DNA of 54,558 nt from a virus (lineage: Duplodnaviria > Caudoviricetes), in IMG/VR virus record IMGVR_UViG_3300027974_000045, positions 1 through 54,558 of that record; one strand, written 5' to 3'. A program made the position numbers and the translations under genes. The notes below the pieces were generated by a model. The model saw nothing but the letters and a program-made list of their open reading frames with translations, was not told the origin of the DNA and searched no databases. Shown here piece after piece: positions 23,009 to 33,888 of the stretch. Numbering within the stretch: position 1 is the first letter of the stretch; each line of letters opens with the position of its first letter.

Positions 23009-25075
23009 ATGGCCATGCCCAACACCAACGCCGCCATCTCGATCGGGCCGCTAAAGGCGGTGTCGCTGGCCGTCGTGCAGGACGAGGAGCGCCGCAACGC
23101 CGAGGTCCGGCAGGCCGCGCCACTGGTCACGGGCATCGCCGCCCATATCCGCCGCAAGTGGGACCACGCCCGGGAAGCCCGGCGCGATGTCGAGGACCGC
23201 ATGCTCGCAAACATGCGGGCCCGGCGCGGGGAGTACGAGCCCGAGAAGCTCAGCGCCATCATGGCGATGGGCGGGTCGGACATCTATGCTGGCATGACAT
23301 CCGTCAAATGCCGCGCCGCGGCCAGCTGGCTGCGGGACGTGCTGATGGCGACGGGCACCGAGCGCCCGTGGACCCTGCGACCCACGCCGGTGCCGGACCT
23401 GCCGCCCGAGGACAACGAGGCGCTGGTCGCCGAGGTGGCGCAGGCAATCCTGCAGTCGTCGATGCAGGGCCAGCCGCCCAACGACGCGGCCATCAAGGAG
23501 ATGATGGAGGAAGTCCGCGAGCAGGCGCTGGCAAAAGCCAAGGCCGAGGCGCGTGAGCGGTCTGAGAAGATGGCCGACAAGATGGAAGACCAGCTTGTCG
23601 AGGGCGGGTTCCTGCGGGCGCTGGACGCCATCGTCGACGACATCACCACATTCCCCTGCGCGATCCTTAAAGGGCCGGTCATCCGCCGCCGCAAGGTGCT
23701 GAAGTGGGTGCCGGGCCCGGCAGGCAGGTCCATCGCCCAGATGACCGAGGAGCTTGTGTCGTGCTGGGAGCGGGTGTCGCCGTTCAACATCTACCCGTCG
23801 CCGCAGGCCACGGACGTCAACGAGGGCGACCTGATCGAGAAGCACCAGCTGTCCCGTCAGGACCTGCTGGAGATGGTCGGGGTCGAGGGCTATGACGAGG
23901 GGGCAATCCGGCTGGCTCTGGAAGCCTACGGCAAGGGCGGCCTGCGCGACTGGTTGACCATCGACACCACGGCCATCGCCGACGCCACGGGGCTGGGCCA
24001 GACGGCCACCTCGACAAACTCCGAGGGGCTGATCGACGCCCTGCAGTTCTGGGGCCCGGTGCAGGGTCAAGAGCTGCTGGACTGGGGCATGGACGAGAAG
24101 GACGTGCCCGACCCGCTGAAGGACTACCACATCGAGGCGTGGCTGGTCGGCACCTACGTCGTCAAGGCGGTGCTCAACTACGACCCGCTGTGCCGCAAGC
24201 CCTACTACAAGGCGTCCTACGAGGACGTGCCCGGGAACTGGTGGGGCAACTCCATCGCCGACCTGCTGGCCGACACCCAGACGGTGATCAATGCGGCGGC
24301 CCGGGCCATCGTCAACAACATGGGCATCGCCTCGGGCCCGCAGGTGACCGTCAACGTCAGCCGGCTGGCGACGGGCGAGGACATCCAGCAGGTGACGCCG
24401 TGGCGCATCTGGCAGGTGAAGGACGACCCGATGGGGGGCAACTCCCGGCCGATCGACTTCTTCCAGCCGGACAGCCGTATCGGCGAGCTGATGGCCGTGT
24501 TCGACAAGTTCAACTCACTGGCTGACGAGTACTCCGGCCTGCCCAAGTACATGGCCGGCGACAACGCCGGCGGCGCGGGGCGGACGGCGTCCGGCCTGTC
24601 GATGCTCATGAGCAACGCGGGCAAGTCCATCAAGCAGGTCATCTCGAACATCGACATGGGTGTGCTGACCCCCATGCTCGAGCGGCTCTACGACCACAAC
24701 ATGCAGTTCGCCGAGGACCCTGACCTGAAGGGTGACGTCAAGATCGTGGCCCGCGGCGCGGCGTCGCTGATCACCAAGGAAACCGCGCAGCTGCGCCGGA
24801 ACGAGTTCCTGATGGCGACGTCCAACCCGATCGACATGCAGATCGTGGGCGTCGAGGGGCGTGCGGCCATCCTGCGGGAGACCGCCAAGAACCTCGACAT
24901 GGACACCGACAAGGTGGTGCCGCCGCTCGACACCCTGCGCAAAAAGTTCCTCGCGCAGCAGATGATGCAGCAGCCGCAGCAGGGTTCGCCTCCCGCCCCG
25001 CAAGGGATGGGCTCCGGCCAGACCCTCGCCGACGGCGCGCCGACAACCGACAACTTCAGCCCGCCGTCAAGTTAG
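23009..25075 (+). CDS. Portal protein
   Basis: 688 aa between terminase and scaffold; VSPFNIYP, WWGNSIADLL, RTASGLSMLM. Confidence 0.88.
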   Translation: MAMPNTNAAISIGPLKAVSLAVVQDEERRNAEVRQAAPLVTGIAAHIRRKWDHAREARRDVEDRMLANMRARRGEYEPEKLSAIMAMGGSDIYAGMTSVKCRAAASWLRDVLMATGTERPWTLRPTPVPDLPPEDNEALVAEVAQAILQSSMQGQPPNDAAIKEMMEEVREQALAKAKAEARERSEKMADKMEDQLVEGGFLRALDAIVDDITTFPCAILKGPVIRRRKVLKWVPGPAGRSIAQMTEELVSCWERVSPFNIYPSPQATDVNEGDLIEKHQLSRQDLLEMVGVEGYDEGAIRLALEAYGKGGLRDWLTIDTTAIADATGLGQTATSTNSEGLIDALQFWGPVQGQELLDWGMDEKDVPDPLKDYHIEAWLVGTYVVKAVLNYDPLCRKPYYKASYEDVPGNWWGNSIADLLADTQTVINAAARAIVNNMGIASGPQVTVNVSRLATGEDIQQVTPWRIWQVKDDPMGGNSRPIDFFQPDSRIGELMAVFDKFNSLADEYSGLPKYMAGDNAGGAGRTASGLSMLMSNAGKSIKQVISNIDMGVLTPMLERLYDHNMQFAEDPDLKGDVKIVARGAASLITKETAQLRRNEFLMATSNPIDMQIVGVEGRAAILRETAKNLDMDTDKVVPPLDTLRKKFLAQQMMQQPQQGSPPAPQGMGSGQTLADGAPTTDNFSPPSS

Positions 25076-25078
25076 CCA

Positions 25079-25108
25079 TTGACGGCTGTAATAAGTGCGC
25101 GCTAGGTT
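25079..25108 (+). promoter_or_regulatory. Possible promoter (leaderless start at 25115)
   Basis: TTGACG-N18-TAGGTT, ATG 7 nt downstream. Confidence 0.45.
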
Positions 25109-25114
25109 CCGACC

Positions 25115-25360
25115 ATGCTGTTGACACCCCCAGCTGACGTCCTGCGAAGCGTTTACCTGCTGAGCCGGATGAATGAGTGGAAGGTGTTCAGCGGTTTCCT
25201 CGCCGAGGAACGGGCGAAGGTGATTGAGCGACTGGTGGCAGCCTCTGACGAGGCGACCCTCCGACAGCTTCAGGGCCGCGCCAAGTGCTTGGACGAGCTG
25301 GAGGCCATGGTGCGCGACGCCCGTGACGACCTCGACAAATTGGGCGTGACAACGCTCTAA
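25115..25360 (+). CDS. Small head-assembly-region protein
   Basis: LRQLQGRA motif; lies between portal and scaffold. Confidence 0.7.
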   Translation: MLLTPPADVLRSVYLLSRMNEWKVFSGFLAEERAKVIERLVAASDEATLRQLQGRAKCLDELEAMVRDARDDLDKLGVTTL

Positions 25361-25411
25361 CCCCAGCAGACCGTGAGGCGGCCAAGCCGCAGTCGGAGCA
25401 GGAGAACTAAA

Positions 25412-26377
25412 ATGGCGCTTCCCAAGCAGGTCCAAGCAGAGCTGGACGCAGCGGAGTTGATCGAGCAGCAGCTGGCCCAGAGCCAACCGCCCGCAGACGA
25501 CGCCCCCGCCGACCCACCCGCAGCGACCTCACAGGAGCCGCCGGCGACCGCGGCCACCCCGGTGGCAGCCGACCCTTCCGCCGAAGAACTGACCTTCAAG
25601 CAGCGCTATCTCAGCCTGCAGGGCATGTACAACGCGGAGGTTCCCCGGCTCAACGCGCAGGTCCGTGAGTTGACCCAGAAGGTTAACGACCTGACCGCCG
25701 CTTCGGTTCCCGCCCCCAAGGCGGAGCCACAGGCAGCGCCCGCACAGTCGCTAGTTACCGACGCCGACGTCGAAGCCTACGGCGCGGACCTCATCGGGTT
25801 GATGAAACGCTCGGCGCAGGAAGCTGCCCAAGCCAACGACGCCCGACTGGCCCAGCTGGAAGCGGAGAACGCGCACCTCAAGGCGCAAGTCGGTGGCGTT
25901 GCTGAGCAGCAGAGCATGTCTCAGCGTCAGTCCTACCTCTCTCAGCTGGCGGGCTCCGTGCCCGACTACGTTGAGGTGAACGCGGACCAAGGGTTCCTTG
26001 ACTGGCTTCTGGAAACAGACCCGCTCAGCGGGGTGGTCAGGCAGGCGTACCTCGACGACGCTTTTGCACGCTTTGATGTGGCTCGCACGGCAGCGCTGTT
26101 TGACGCGTACAAGGCCGGCAGTCGCCCAGCGACAACCCCCGCCAGCCCCGCGCAAACGGCTCGCCCGCGAGAGCTGCAGGCCCAGACAGCGCCCGGCACG
26201 GCGAGGGCCTCGGCCGCCGCCACCCCGTCGAATGCTGCCAAGTCTTGGTCGATGACCGAGGTCCAGTCGTTTTACACCGACGTGGCCAAGGGCAGGTACA
26301 AGGGCCAAGAAACCGAGCAGCTGCGTATTGAGGCCGAAATCGACCTCGCAATGGCCCAAGGCCGTCTCACAGCGTGA
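25412..26377 (+). CDS. Capsid scaffolding protein
   Basis: Start MALPKQV with AGGAG RBS; coiled coils; SLQGMYNAE; precedes the capsid gene. Confidence 0.8.
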   Translation: MALPKQVQAELDAAELIEQQLAQSQPPADDAPADPPAATSQEPPATAATPVAADPSAEELTFKQRYLSLQGMYNAEVPRLNAQVRELTQKVNDLTAASVPAPKAEPQAAPAQSLVTDADVEAYGADLIGLMKRSAQEAAQANDARLAQLEAENAHLKAQVGGVAEQQSMSQRQSYLSQLAGSVPDYVEVNADQGFLDWLLETDPLSGVVRQAYLDDAFARFDVARTAALFDAYKAGSRPATTPASPAQTARPRELQAQTAPGTARASAAATPSNAAKSWSMTEVQSFYTDVAKGRYKGQETEQLRIEAEIDLAMAQGRLTA

Positions 26378-26427
26378 GGCTCCAGCCATAGTCGAGGTGT
26401 CCCAACCCCCTCTCGGAGATCACGACT

Positions 26428-27468
26428 ATGGCCATTTCTGTCAACGGTTCGGGCACGTCCGGCGGCGCAACGTCGTCCGGCGCGTTCAACACCTCGCCCG
26501 CCTATAGCGGCTCGTTCATCCCGACCCTGTGGTCGTCCAAGCTGAACGCCAAGTTCTACGCCACCACCGTGTTCGGCGACATCGCCAACACCAACTACGA
26601 GGGTGAGATCAAGTCGTTCGGCGACAAGGTCATCATCAACACCGCGCCGACCATCGCGATCAGCAACTACACCGTCGGGTCGACCCTCTCCTACGAGGTC
26701 CCCACCCCCGACAAGACCGAGCTGAACATCTCGATGGCGAAGTACTTCGGCGTCACCGTCTCGGACGTGCTGGAATACCAGTCCAATCCGAAGATGATGA
26801 ACCACTTCACCGACGACGCGTCGAAGCAGATGGCCATCGCCATCGACACCGACCTGCTGAAGATGTCGGCTGACACCGCTGCTGCCACCAACAACCGTGG
26901 CACGCTGGCCGGTGTTCGCTCCGCATCCTACAACCTCGGCGGCGCTGGCGGCACCTACCATGCCTCCACCAACCCGTCGGGCGGTGCCCCGCTGACCCTG
27001 TCGACCTCGAACGTCCTGTCCACCATGACCGCCATGGCGTCCGTTCTGGACGAGCAGAACGTCCCCGACAGCGACCGCTTCCTGATCATCACGCCGGCTG
27101 TTCGCAACCTGCTGATGAACTCGGACCTGCGGCAGGCGTACATCACTGGTGACAGCCAGTCGATCCTGCGGAACGGCAAGATCGGGATGATCGACAGGTT
27201 CAACCTGTACGTCTCGAACCTGCTGCCCACCGCCGCGGCCGGTCAGAACTTCGACACCACGACCACCGGCACCGGCATCTCCGCCAACGCTGTGGCGCGC
27301 AAGTCCATGATCGCCGGCCACAAATCCGCGATCACCTTCGCGTCGCAGATCACCAAGGTCGAAGAGCTGGCCAACCCGCTCGACTTCGGTCGCCTGATCC
27401 GTGGCCTCAACGTCTACGGCTACAGCACCATCAAGTCGACCTCGCTGGTCCTCTGCCAGTACCTGTAA
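26428..27468 (+). CDS. Major capsid protein
   Basis: FIPTLWS, NTNYEGEIK..GDKVII, RFLIITP, GKIGMIDRFNLYVSN, GLNVYG; strongly biased codons. Confidence 0.92.
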   Translation: MAISVNGSGTSGGATSSGAFNTSPAYSGSFIPTLWSSKLNAKFYATTVFGDIANTNYEGEIKSFGDKVIINTAPTIAISNYTVGSTLSYEVPTPDKTELNISMAKYFGVTVSDVLEYQSNPKMMNHFTDDASKQMAIAIDTDLLKMSADTAAATNNRGTLAGVRSASYNLGGAGGTYHASTNPSGGAPLTLSTSNVLSTMTAMASVLDEQNVPDSDRFLIITPAVRNLLMNSDLRQAYITGDSQSILRNGKIGMIDRFNLYVSNLLPTAAAGQNFDTTTTGTGISANAVARKSMIAGHKSAITFASQITKVEELANPLDFGRLIRGLNVYGYSTIKSTSLVLCQYL

Positions 27469-27483
27469 ACCACTGGCGCGAAG

Positions 27484-27513
27484 CAGGAGAGTAGGCTACC
27501 ACCTACTCTCCTG
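27484..27513 (+). other. 12-bp stem-loop after the capsid gene, no U-tract
   Basis: caggagagtagg-ctacca-cctactctcctg. Confidence 0.6.
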
Positions 27514-27528
27514 ACTACGAGGACCCTC

Positions 27529-28215
27529 ATGCCTGTCACAGCGCAGACGATCCTCGACAAGGTCCGTGACCAGCTGGTCGATAACGGGACTACCCCGCGC
27601 TGGACTGACGTCGAGCTGCTCAGCTACCTGTCAGACGGACAGCGCACAGCTGTGTCCTATGTTCCCTCCGCAGCCAGCACTATCGACGTGGTGGCGATGG
27701 TCGCCGGGACCAAGCAATCCCTCCCTTCCGACGGCTACATGCTGCTGACCGTAGTCCGCAACATCGCCGATGACCTGACCACCGGCGGCCGGGCCTGCCG
27801 TATCGTCAGCCGGGAGCTGCTCGACGGCTACATGCCTACTTGGCACGCCAGCACGGCGTCCGCGATCGTGCAGAACTACATCTACGAGCCGCAGTCGCCC
27901 GAGACCTTCTACGTCTACCCGCCGAACAACGGCCTCGGGCACGTGGAGATGGTCTACGCGGTCCTGCCGCCTGTCCTGACCACCGGCTCGAGCAACCTGA
28001 CGCTGGGCGAAATCTATCACTCGGCCCTGTTCGACTACGTCATGTATCGGGCCCACCAGAAAGACGGCGACTTCGCCGCCGGCCAAGGCGTGGCCGCAAA
28101 CTACCTCCAGCTGTTCATGCAGGCGCTCGGGCAGGGCGACGCGGCACAGCTGTCCAACAACCCCAATCTCCAGCTCTATCCGCCGAACCCGGCGAGCAAG
28201 GGGACGGCCAAGTGA
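27529..28215 (+). CDS. Head-tail adaptor-like protein
   Basis: RWTDVELLSYLSDGQ, FYVYPP, ALFDYVMYRAHQKD. Confidence 0.75.
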   Translation: MPVTAQTILDKVRDQLVDNGTTPRWTDVELLSYLSDGQRTAVSYVPSAASTIDVVAMVAGTKQSLPSDGYMLLTVVRNIADDLTTGGRACRIVSRELLDGYMPTWHASTASAIVQNYIYEPQSPETFYVYPPNNGLGHVEMVYAVLPPVLTTGSSNLTLGEIYHSALFDYVMYRAHQKDGDFAAGQGVAANYLQLFMQALGQGDAAQLSNNPNLQLYPPNPASKGTAK

Positions 28216-28853
28216 GCACGCGATACGAGAGCTTTCTCCCCGAGGTGGTGCCCTACGTCCACGACGTCGCCGAGTTCGTGGCGGTCAACGCCGTGCGCAA
28301 CGCCTGCATCGAGTTCTGCCGCCAGACCCAGATGTGGCTGTACGTCCACGACCCGATCTCGTCGGTTGTCGGCGTCGGCACCTACGACATCACGCCCCCC
28401 GAGGGGGCCACCCCTGTGCAGATCGTCGCGGCTTGGTACGACGAGGCCCGGCTGATCCCGGTCACGTCCGGCGAGCTGCGTGAGAACTACAACAAGGACT
28501 GGACGACCGAGACCGGCACGCCCTGCTTCTTTACCCACAACAACCCGACCGATGTCGAACTGGTGCCCACGCCGGACACCGCCATCGCCGGCGCGCTGCG
28601 GCTGCACCTCGCGCTCTGCCCGACCCGGGACAGCGTCGAGGTGGACGACAACATCTACCAGTACTGGGCGGAAGTCATCGGCTACGGGGCCCGGTCCCGG
28701 CTGTATGACACCCCCAACCAGCCCTACTACGACCCGACGCAGGCCATGAACTACGCCAGCAAGTTCAAGGCGGGCATCGACCGGGCTGTCATCGAGCGCA
28801 ACAAGGGCCTGACCCGGCGCTCTGTCTACGTGCGCATGCCGAGGATCGTCTGA
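28212..28853 (+). CDS. Second adaptor / tail tubular A-like protein
   Basis: GTG start overlaps the upstream TGA; AVRNACIEFC, LVPTPD. Confidence 0.7.
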   Translation: MSTRYESFLPEVVPYVHDVAEFVAVNAVRNACIEFCRQTQMWLYVHDPISSVVGVGTYDITPPEGATPVQIVAAWYDEARLIPVTSGELRENYNKDWTTETGTPCFFTHNNPTDVELVPTPDTAIAGALRLHLALCPTRDSVEVDDNIYQYWAEVIGYGARSRLYDTPNQPYYDPTQAMNYASKFKAGIDRAVIERNKGLTRRSVYVRMPRIV

Positions 28854-31800
28854 TGTCGCGGATCAAGCTCGTCCAAGGCGACACCCGCCCCGACATCACC
28901 ATCGTGCTGGTGGACGCTGACACGCGCGCAGGCATCGACGTGTCAGGAGGGGGCACGTCGGTCAAGCTGAAGTTCCGTCCAACTGACGGCGAGACGCTGC
29001 AGGAGATCACGGGGATCAAGCTGGCCGGCGCGGTGGCCGAGGACGGGTCGATTGACGAGACTGTCACGACTGCTGGGCAAGGCGGCAGGGTCAGGTTCGT
29101 GTGGCCTAACGGAGCGCTGAACGTCGACCCCGGCTACTATGAGGCCGAGATCACGATCGACTACGCGGACGACACGACGCAGACGGTTTACGACCTGCTC
29201 AAGTTCGACGTCAGGGCGAATGTCGACGGCGTCCAGACACCGGCAGCGCCCTATATCCCTACAGGTGCGACCGAGACCTTGACGGCCAATGACATGGCCA
29301 GCGCTGAGGCCCTGCAGGCGGCGGTCGACGCGCTGGCGGGGAAGTACCCCGTTATCCCGCCCGGGACATGGCCTCTCGACATGCTGTCGTCGCCGACCGA
29401 GATTGACATCTCGGGACTGGGCGGCCTCGCGTTTTCGCCGGGCGCGCTGCTGACGACGAACAACCCGTCTCGCGGCCTGTTGCGGATGCTTGAGACGGAC
29501 AGGCTGATTATCCACGGCATGGACCTGCGACAGCAGTTTCTGGCAGGCATCGCCCGGCCGGACATCGGGTGGACGCACACGCTCAACGCCGCGGGCACGG
29601 CGGTGGTCAGCGCAAACAGCGACATGATCGCGTGGATCAACGCGTGGAACCTCGCCTACGGGGTCAACATATCCAACTCCGGGACGTCGACCGCGACCTT
29701 CAAAGAGAGGTGGAACGCCGTCTACACGAGCAGCCCGTTCGCCACTCTTGGCCAGATCAGCTCCAACGGACGGCCGTCCGGTCTGCTGATGGACGGGTGC
29801 AGCCGGACCCAGATTCTTGGCCCTCGCGGCAACCACCTCGTCGCCCTGATCAACGACCAAGGCGGCACGCGCACGGGCGAGGATGTCTACGGCTTTGGGA
29901 CCTACGTCGACAGCGTCGAAGTGACTGACGACATCCGCTTCGGCTACCTCGGCAAGGGCGTCGCGACGACCATCGACCGGGTGACCTGCAACACCAACGG
30001 TACGCGCGACAGCCAAGGCGCGCCTCACGGCGTGTACGTGGCAGGCTCCGCCGCCGCCGGCAACGTCAACACCGCTCTGCAGATCAGGTCGGTGCAGGCC
30101 CGGTTCTGGGGCATCGGGCCGTTCATCAAGGCGCGCGAGGCATCCCTCGCGCTTGGCCCGATGGTGGGCGAGCAGGTCCAGTCCATGCTGGGGCTTGTGC
30201 ACTGCACCGGCTCCGTGGGCCCGATCACGTCCGTCGACCAAGTGCTCAACACCGAGGCGACGGGTTCGGGCTCCAAGTTTGTCGCCAATTTCACAGACTG
30301 CTACGACCTGAGTGTTGGCCGGATCAGCGCGCAGCACAGGGCCTCAACCCCGACCGTGTCGCAGGACGCGCTGAGGGCGGTGGACATCAACGGTGCCGAC
30401 CGGCTGCGGCTCGAGGGGATTGACGTCACGTGCAACCGCCTCTCCTCGGCGAGTGCAATGGTGCGTCTGGCGCTGGCAGATAGCTGCTCCTTCGGTCCCG
30501 GCTCGCTCCTCAACACAGGCGACACATCGGCGACCATGTACGAGTTCCCGGCCGATGGCCTTGTCGGCGGCCCCTCGATCGGTAACCGCTTCGCCCCCGT
30601 GCGCTGCTCGACCAACGCGACCATTGCGGCCATCTCCGGCTCCTCGCGCGGGAACATTTTCGAAGTGGATGCCCGCCTCCTGACGGACGGCTACACCGAA
30701 GGCACGACCATCGACGACGAGAGCTTCGGCGCGTCGAACCAGATCAACCTGACCAACGGTGTCCGAGTGGTCCCGCTCTCGGCGGCACCGTCATTCCTGA
30801 CCCGCTCCAACGCGACGCTGATCATGGACAGCGGCGGCGACGAGGACGACACCACGGTCATCGACGAAGAGTACGGGACCAGTTTCGTCAACGGGCAGAT
30901 TGTCACGACGCCGGGCGCGCGGCCATACACCGCCCGTACAGCCCTCACCGGATCGGGCGACGAGTTCAAAATTGCGACGACGGCGGAGGGCGGCCTCTCC
31001 ACCTCGATCAAGCGCTTGCGTGCAGCCATCAACAACGAGCTGCTGGGCGGTCGCGGCTCCACCGCTGTATCGGGCGCGAACGCGATCTACAACAACGGCA
31101 ACAACGACCACGACACGTTCTCCGCCATTTCGTCTGGCCGGACCCTGACAGTCTACGCCAAGACGACGGGCCCGGCGGCGGACGGGCAGGCTGTGTCCAT
31201 CTCTGGCACGGGCGGCGCGTGGACTTCTGCGACCACCACGGGCGGCGACGGCGTCGATCGCAAGCTGTTCGGCGCCCGGCTGGCCTACACCACAGCGGGC
31301 TCCGCCCTGACCGTTGCCATGCCGTCTACTGCCGAGACCGGCGAGACGCTGGAGCAGGTCATTGTCGATCAGGTCGGCGGGTCGCTGAAGATTCAGACCA
31401 GCGCCGGGGTGCCCATCTCCACGGTCACGCGGTCGGACGCACCGATCAAGCACGTCTACGACGGCGGGTGGGTTCTGGACCACGTCCCCAATGGGTATCT
31501 GGACCTGAGCCTGTTCGGAGCGGTTGGCGACGGGACGACTGATTGCTCGGCCGCGTTCGCTGCCGCGCTGGCGCAGGCCGCCGAAGAGCGGCTGACGGTT
31601 CAGGTGCAGGGCGGGCCCGACAAAATCTATTACTGGCCCACGACGCCGGGAGCAGTGATTAACGCGGCTGTGTCCACCATCAAGTCGGTGACCTACGACT
31701 GGATCAGTATCGAGGCTGTCGGCGGGCCGGTCACCATCCTGTGCGGGATCGAGCAGACCGCAGCCGCAGCGGCGGTTACGCCCACGGCACGTGGCGCTTC

Positions 31801-33886
31801 GACCAAGGCATTCCTGAAAGCCAACTCGTCTACCGGCGGGACGTTCCAGCTCAAGGGCACGTTCATTGTCGACGGAGGTAAGGACCAAGGCGCGTGGGAC
31901 TTCTCGACTTTCACCGGCGCGGACCCGGCGGCGGCGGCGGCGCTGGAGGTCACCGGCTACGATCAAGTGCTGTTCGATGACCTCCGGGTCAAGAACACCT
32001 ACGGCAACGCCGACATGCGCGCCGATCCTGACTACGGGGTCTACAACGCCACCAACAACCCGCTGGGCTCGCTGTACAAGGGCGGCATCGTCATCTCCGG
32101 CAACGGGCTGGTCAAAGGCAAGTTGACGGTAGGCTCCGTCTGGAGGGAAGGCCCATTCATCACGGCCTCGAATGTGCGTCGCGAGATCGAGTTCGAGTAC
32201 ATCAACCCGATCGCCTACGGCGCTTCGACCGGGCTGCGCGAGCCTGTCTCGACACCGCTCAACCTCTTCGGCCGCCAGAAGAGCGGTACGTCGCCATACT
32301 CCCTGTATGGCCCGGAAAACGCAGACACGTACACTTATCTGAAGATCGGTAAGGTGTCGGGCCCGTGGCGTGGGTCGCTGGTCAACGTCGGCTGGTCGGG
32401 CGACCTCGTGCTGGAAGGCACGTCGGAAATCACCGGACTTGTCCCGACGACGGTTGCGGCGAACGCTACCGCGAGCGCGACACAGTACGGCCCGGGCATC
32501 GACTGCAGCAGCGAGGTCAACTTCGGCGTCTCGCGGTCCATCGAGCTGCGGAGCCTGCGCTTCAAGGACAACCATCGCTACAGCCTGAGCCTTGCGCGCT
32601 CGTCGTCGGGCACGAAAATCCGGCGCGCGATCGGCGACGTGGCGGTGCAGGGCGGTTGGTCTGGTCCGAACATCCAGAACATCGACTTCGCCGACTTGGC
32701 CATCCGCTGCTACGATGTCTGCGACTACACCAACGCCGGCGACTACGGCACGGCGCTGCGCCTCTACACGGTCGGGTCGGGTGACGTCCGGGTCGACCTC
32801 AACGGCGCGACGCAGGTGGGGACAGCCAAGTCGTACATCGGCATGGCGCGGCAATACAGCGGCTGCGTCGTTCGCGGCCGGATACAGGACTTCAACCTCT
32901 GCTGCATCTCCGACAACAACGTGTCGAGCATCACGGACAACACCTACGACAGCCTCTACGGCGACATGGAGGTGGTCACCTCTACCTACACGACGTCGTC
33001 TGACAGCGGTAAGATCATCCGCATCGGCAGGTCCGACAGCAACCGCGCCAAGCGCGCGGAGATTAGCCGGCTGCGGCTGGATGGCGTGCCTGTCATTGGG
33101 ACGGGCCGCGCCGCGGTGTATGCGGTGAGCCTGCCCGGCGTCGGCGATCTGGTGCTGGGCACAGGCAAGCAGTCCCTCACCAGCGACGAGTTTGGGCGTT
33201 TGATCTGGGTCAATGACGACCCGTCCTCGCCGGGCCCGGGCACAAAAGCCCGGCTGTACGCCGTCACCGACGCCAACGGCCGGGACGCCGAGCTGTACGC
33301 CGAGACGCGCGAGAACACGTCAGGGAGCATGCACCGCTACCCGCTGCGCGGCCCGTCGCTGCGCAACATTTCCGGCGTGGATTACTACCCGCCGACGGGT
33401 CTGGGCTTTGGGACCAACACGCTCATTCTCATCCCTGACACCTTGTACCTTCTCGGGTGGGATGGCCACGTCAAGTCGCTTGGCCCTGCCATCGAAGTGA
33501 CCGCTGCGGTGCCGGCGTCGTCCCTGCGGCTGGGGGTGTATCAAGGCACGCCGGAAGGCAACGTCGGCGCACTGCTTGAGGAAAGTGCGACCATCGATAC
33601 AACCGCCGCAGGGCTCAAAGCGTTCTCGTTCTCGACGGACGGCACGCGCCGGCGACTGGGCCCCAACCAGTTTTTGGCGCTAGTGGCGTCGCACGGCATC
33701 ACCGTCCGCGCATACACATCGGACCCCGTCACCCTGCAGCGCGTCAACGGCTCGGCCTCCCTGACCGCCACGACGGGCATCAGCCACTGGACCGGCTCCC
33801 ACACCTACGGCGCCCTGCCGACGACGATCCCGACCTTGACCGGGCAGACGACTAACGCACCGATGATTTACGTGAGACGGGGGTAA
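28853..33886 (+). CDS. Tail spike / receptor-binding protein with probable beta-helix domains
   Basis: BppU-like N-terminus (LVQGDT...YYEAEITI); FGAVGDGTTDCSAAF pectate-lyase-like cap; 1677 aa. Confidence 0.8.
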   Translation: MSRIKLVQGDTRPDITIVLVDADTRAGIDVSGGGTSVKLKFRPTDGETLQEITGIKLAGAVAEDGSIDETVTTAGQGGRVRFVWPNGALNVDPGYYEAEITIDYADDTTQTVYDLLKFDVRANVDGVQTPAAPYIPTGATETLTANDMASAEALQAAVDALAGKYPVIPPGTWPLDMLSSPTEIDISGLGGLAFSPGALLTTNNPSRGLLRMLETDRLIIHGMDLRQQFLAGIARPDIGWTHTLNAAGTAVVSANSDMIAWINAWNLAYGVNISNSGTSTATFKERWNAVYTSSPFATLGQISSNGRPSGLLMDGCSRTQILGPRGNHLVALINDQGGTRTGEDVYGFGTYVDSVEVTDDIRFGYLGKGVATTIDRVTCNTNGTRDSQGAPHGVYVAGSAAAGNVNTALQIRSVQARFWGIGPFIKAREASLALGPMVGEQVQSMLGLVHCTGSVGPITSVDQVLNTEATGSGSKFVANFTDCYDLSVGRISAQHRASTPTVSQDALRAVDINGADRLRLEGIDVTCNRLSSASAMVRLALADSCSFGPGSLLNTGDTSATMYEFPADGLVGGPSIGNRFAPVRCSTNATIAAISGSSRGNIFEVDARLLTDGYTEGTTIDDESFGASNQINLTNGVRVVPLSAAPSFLTRSNATLIMDSGGDEDDTTVIDEEYGTSFVNGQIVTTPGARPYTARTALTGSGDEFKIATTAEGGLSTSIKRLRAAINNELLGGRGSTAVSGANAIYNNGNNDHDTFSAISSGRTLTVYAKTTGPAADGQAVSISGTGGAWTSATTTGGDGVDRKLFGARLAYTTAGSALTVAMPSTAETGETLEQVIVDQVGGSLKIQTSAGVPISTVTRSDAPIKHVYDGGWVLDHVPNGYLDLSLFGAVGDGTTDCSAAFAAALAQAAEERLTVQVQGGPDKIYYWPTTPGAVINAAVSTIKSVTYDWISIEAVGGPVTILCGIEQTAAAAAVTPTARGASTKAFLKANSSTGGTFQLKGTFIVDGGKDQGAWDFSTFTGADPAAAAALEVTGYDQVLFDDLRVKNTYGNADMRADPDYGVYNATNNPLGSLYKGGIVISGNGLVKGKLTVGSVWREGPFITASNVRREIEFEYINPIAYGASTGLREPVSTPLNLFGRQKSGTSPYSLYGPENADTYTYLKIGKVSGPWRGSLVNVGWSGDLVLEGTSEITGLVPTTVAANATASATQYGPGIDCSSEVNFGVSRSIELRSLRFKDNHRYSLSLARSSSGTKIRRAIGDVAVQGGWSGPNIQNIDFADLAIRCYDVCDYTNAGDYGTALRLYTVGSGDVRVDLNGATQVGTAKSYIGMARQYSGCVVRGRIQDFNLCCISDNNVSSITDNTYDSLYGDMEVVTSTYTTSSDSGKIIRIGRSDSNRAKRAEISRLRLDGVPVIGTGRAAVYAVSLPGVGDLVLGTGKQSLTSDEFGRLIWVNDDPSSPGPGTKARLYAVTDANGRDAELYAETRENTSGSMHRYPLRGPSLRNISGVDYYPPTGLGFGTNTLILIPDTLYLLGWDGHVKSLGPAIEVTAAVPASSLRLGVYQGTPEGNVGALLEESATIDTTAAGLKAFSFSTDGTRRRLGPNQFLALVASHGITVRAYTSDPVTLQRVNGSASLTATTGISHWTGSHTYGALPTTIPTLTGQTTNAPMIYVRRG

Positions 33887-33888
33887 GG

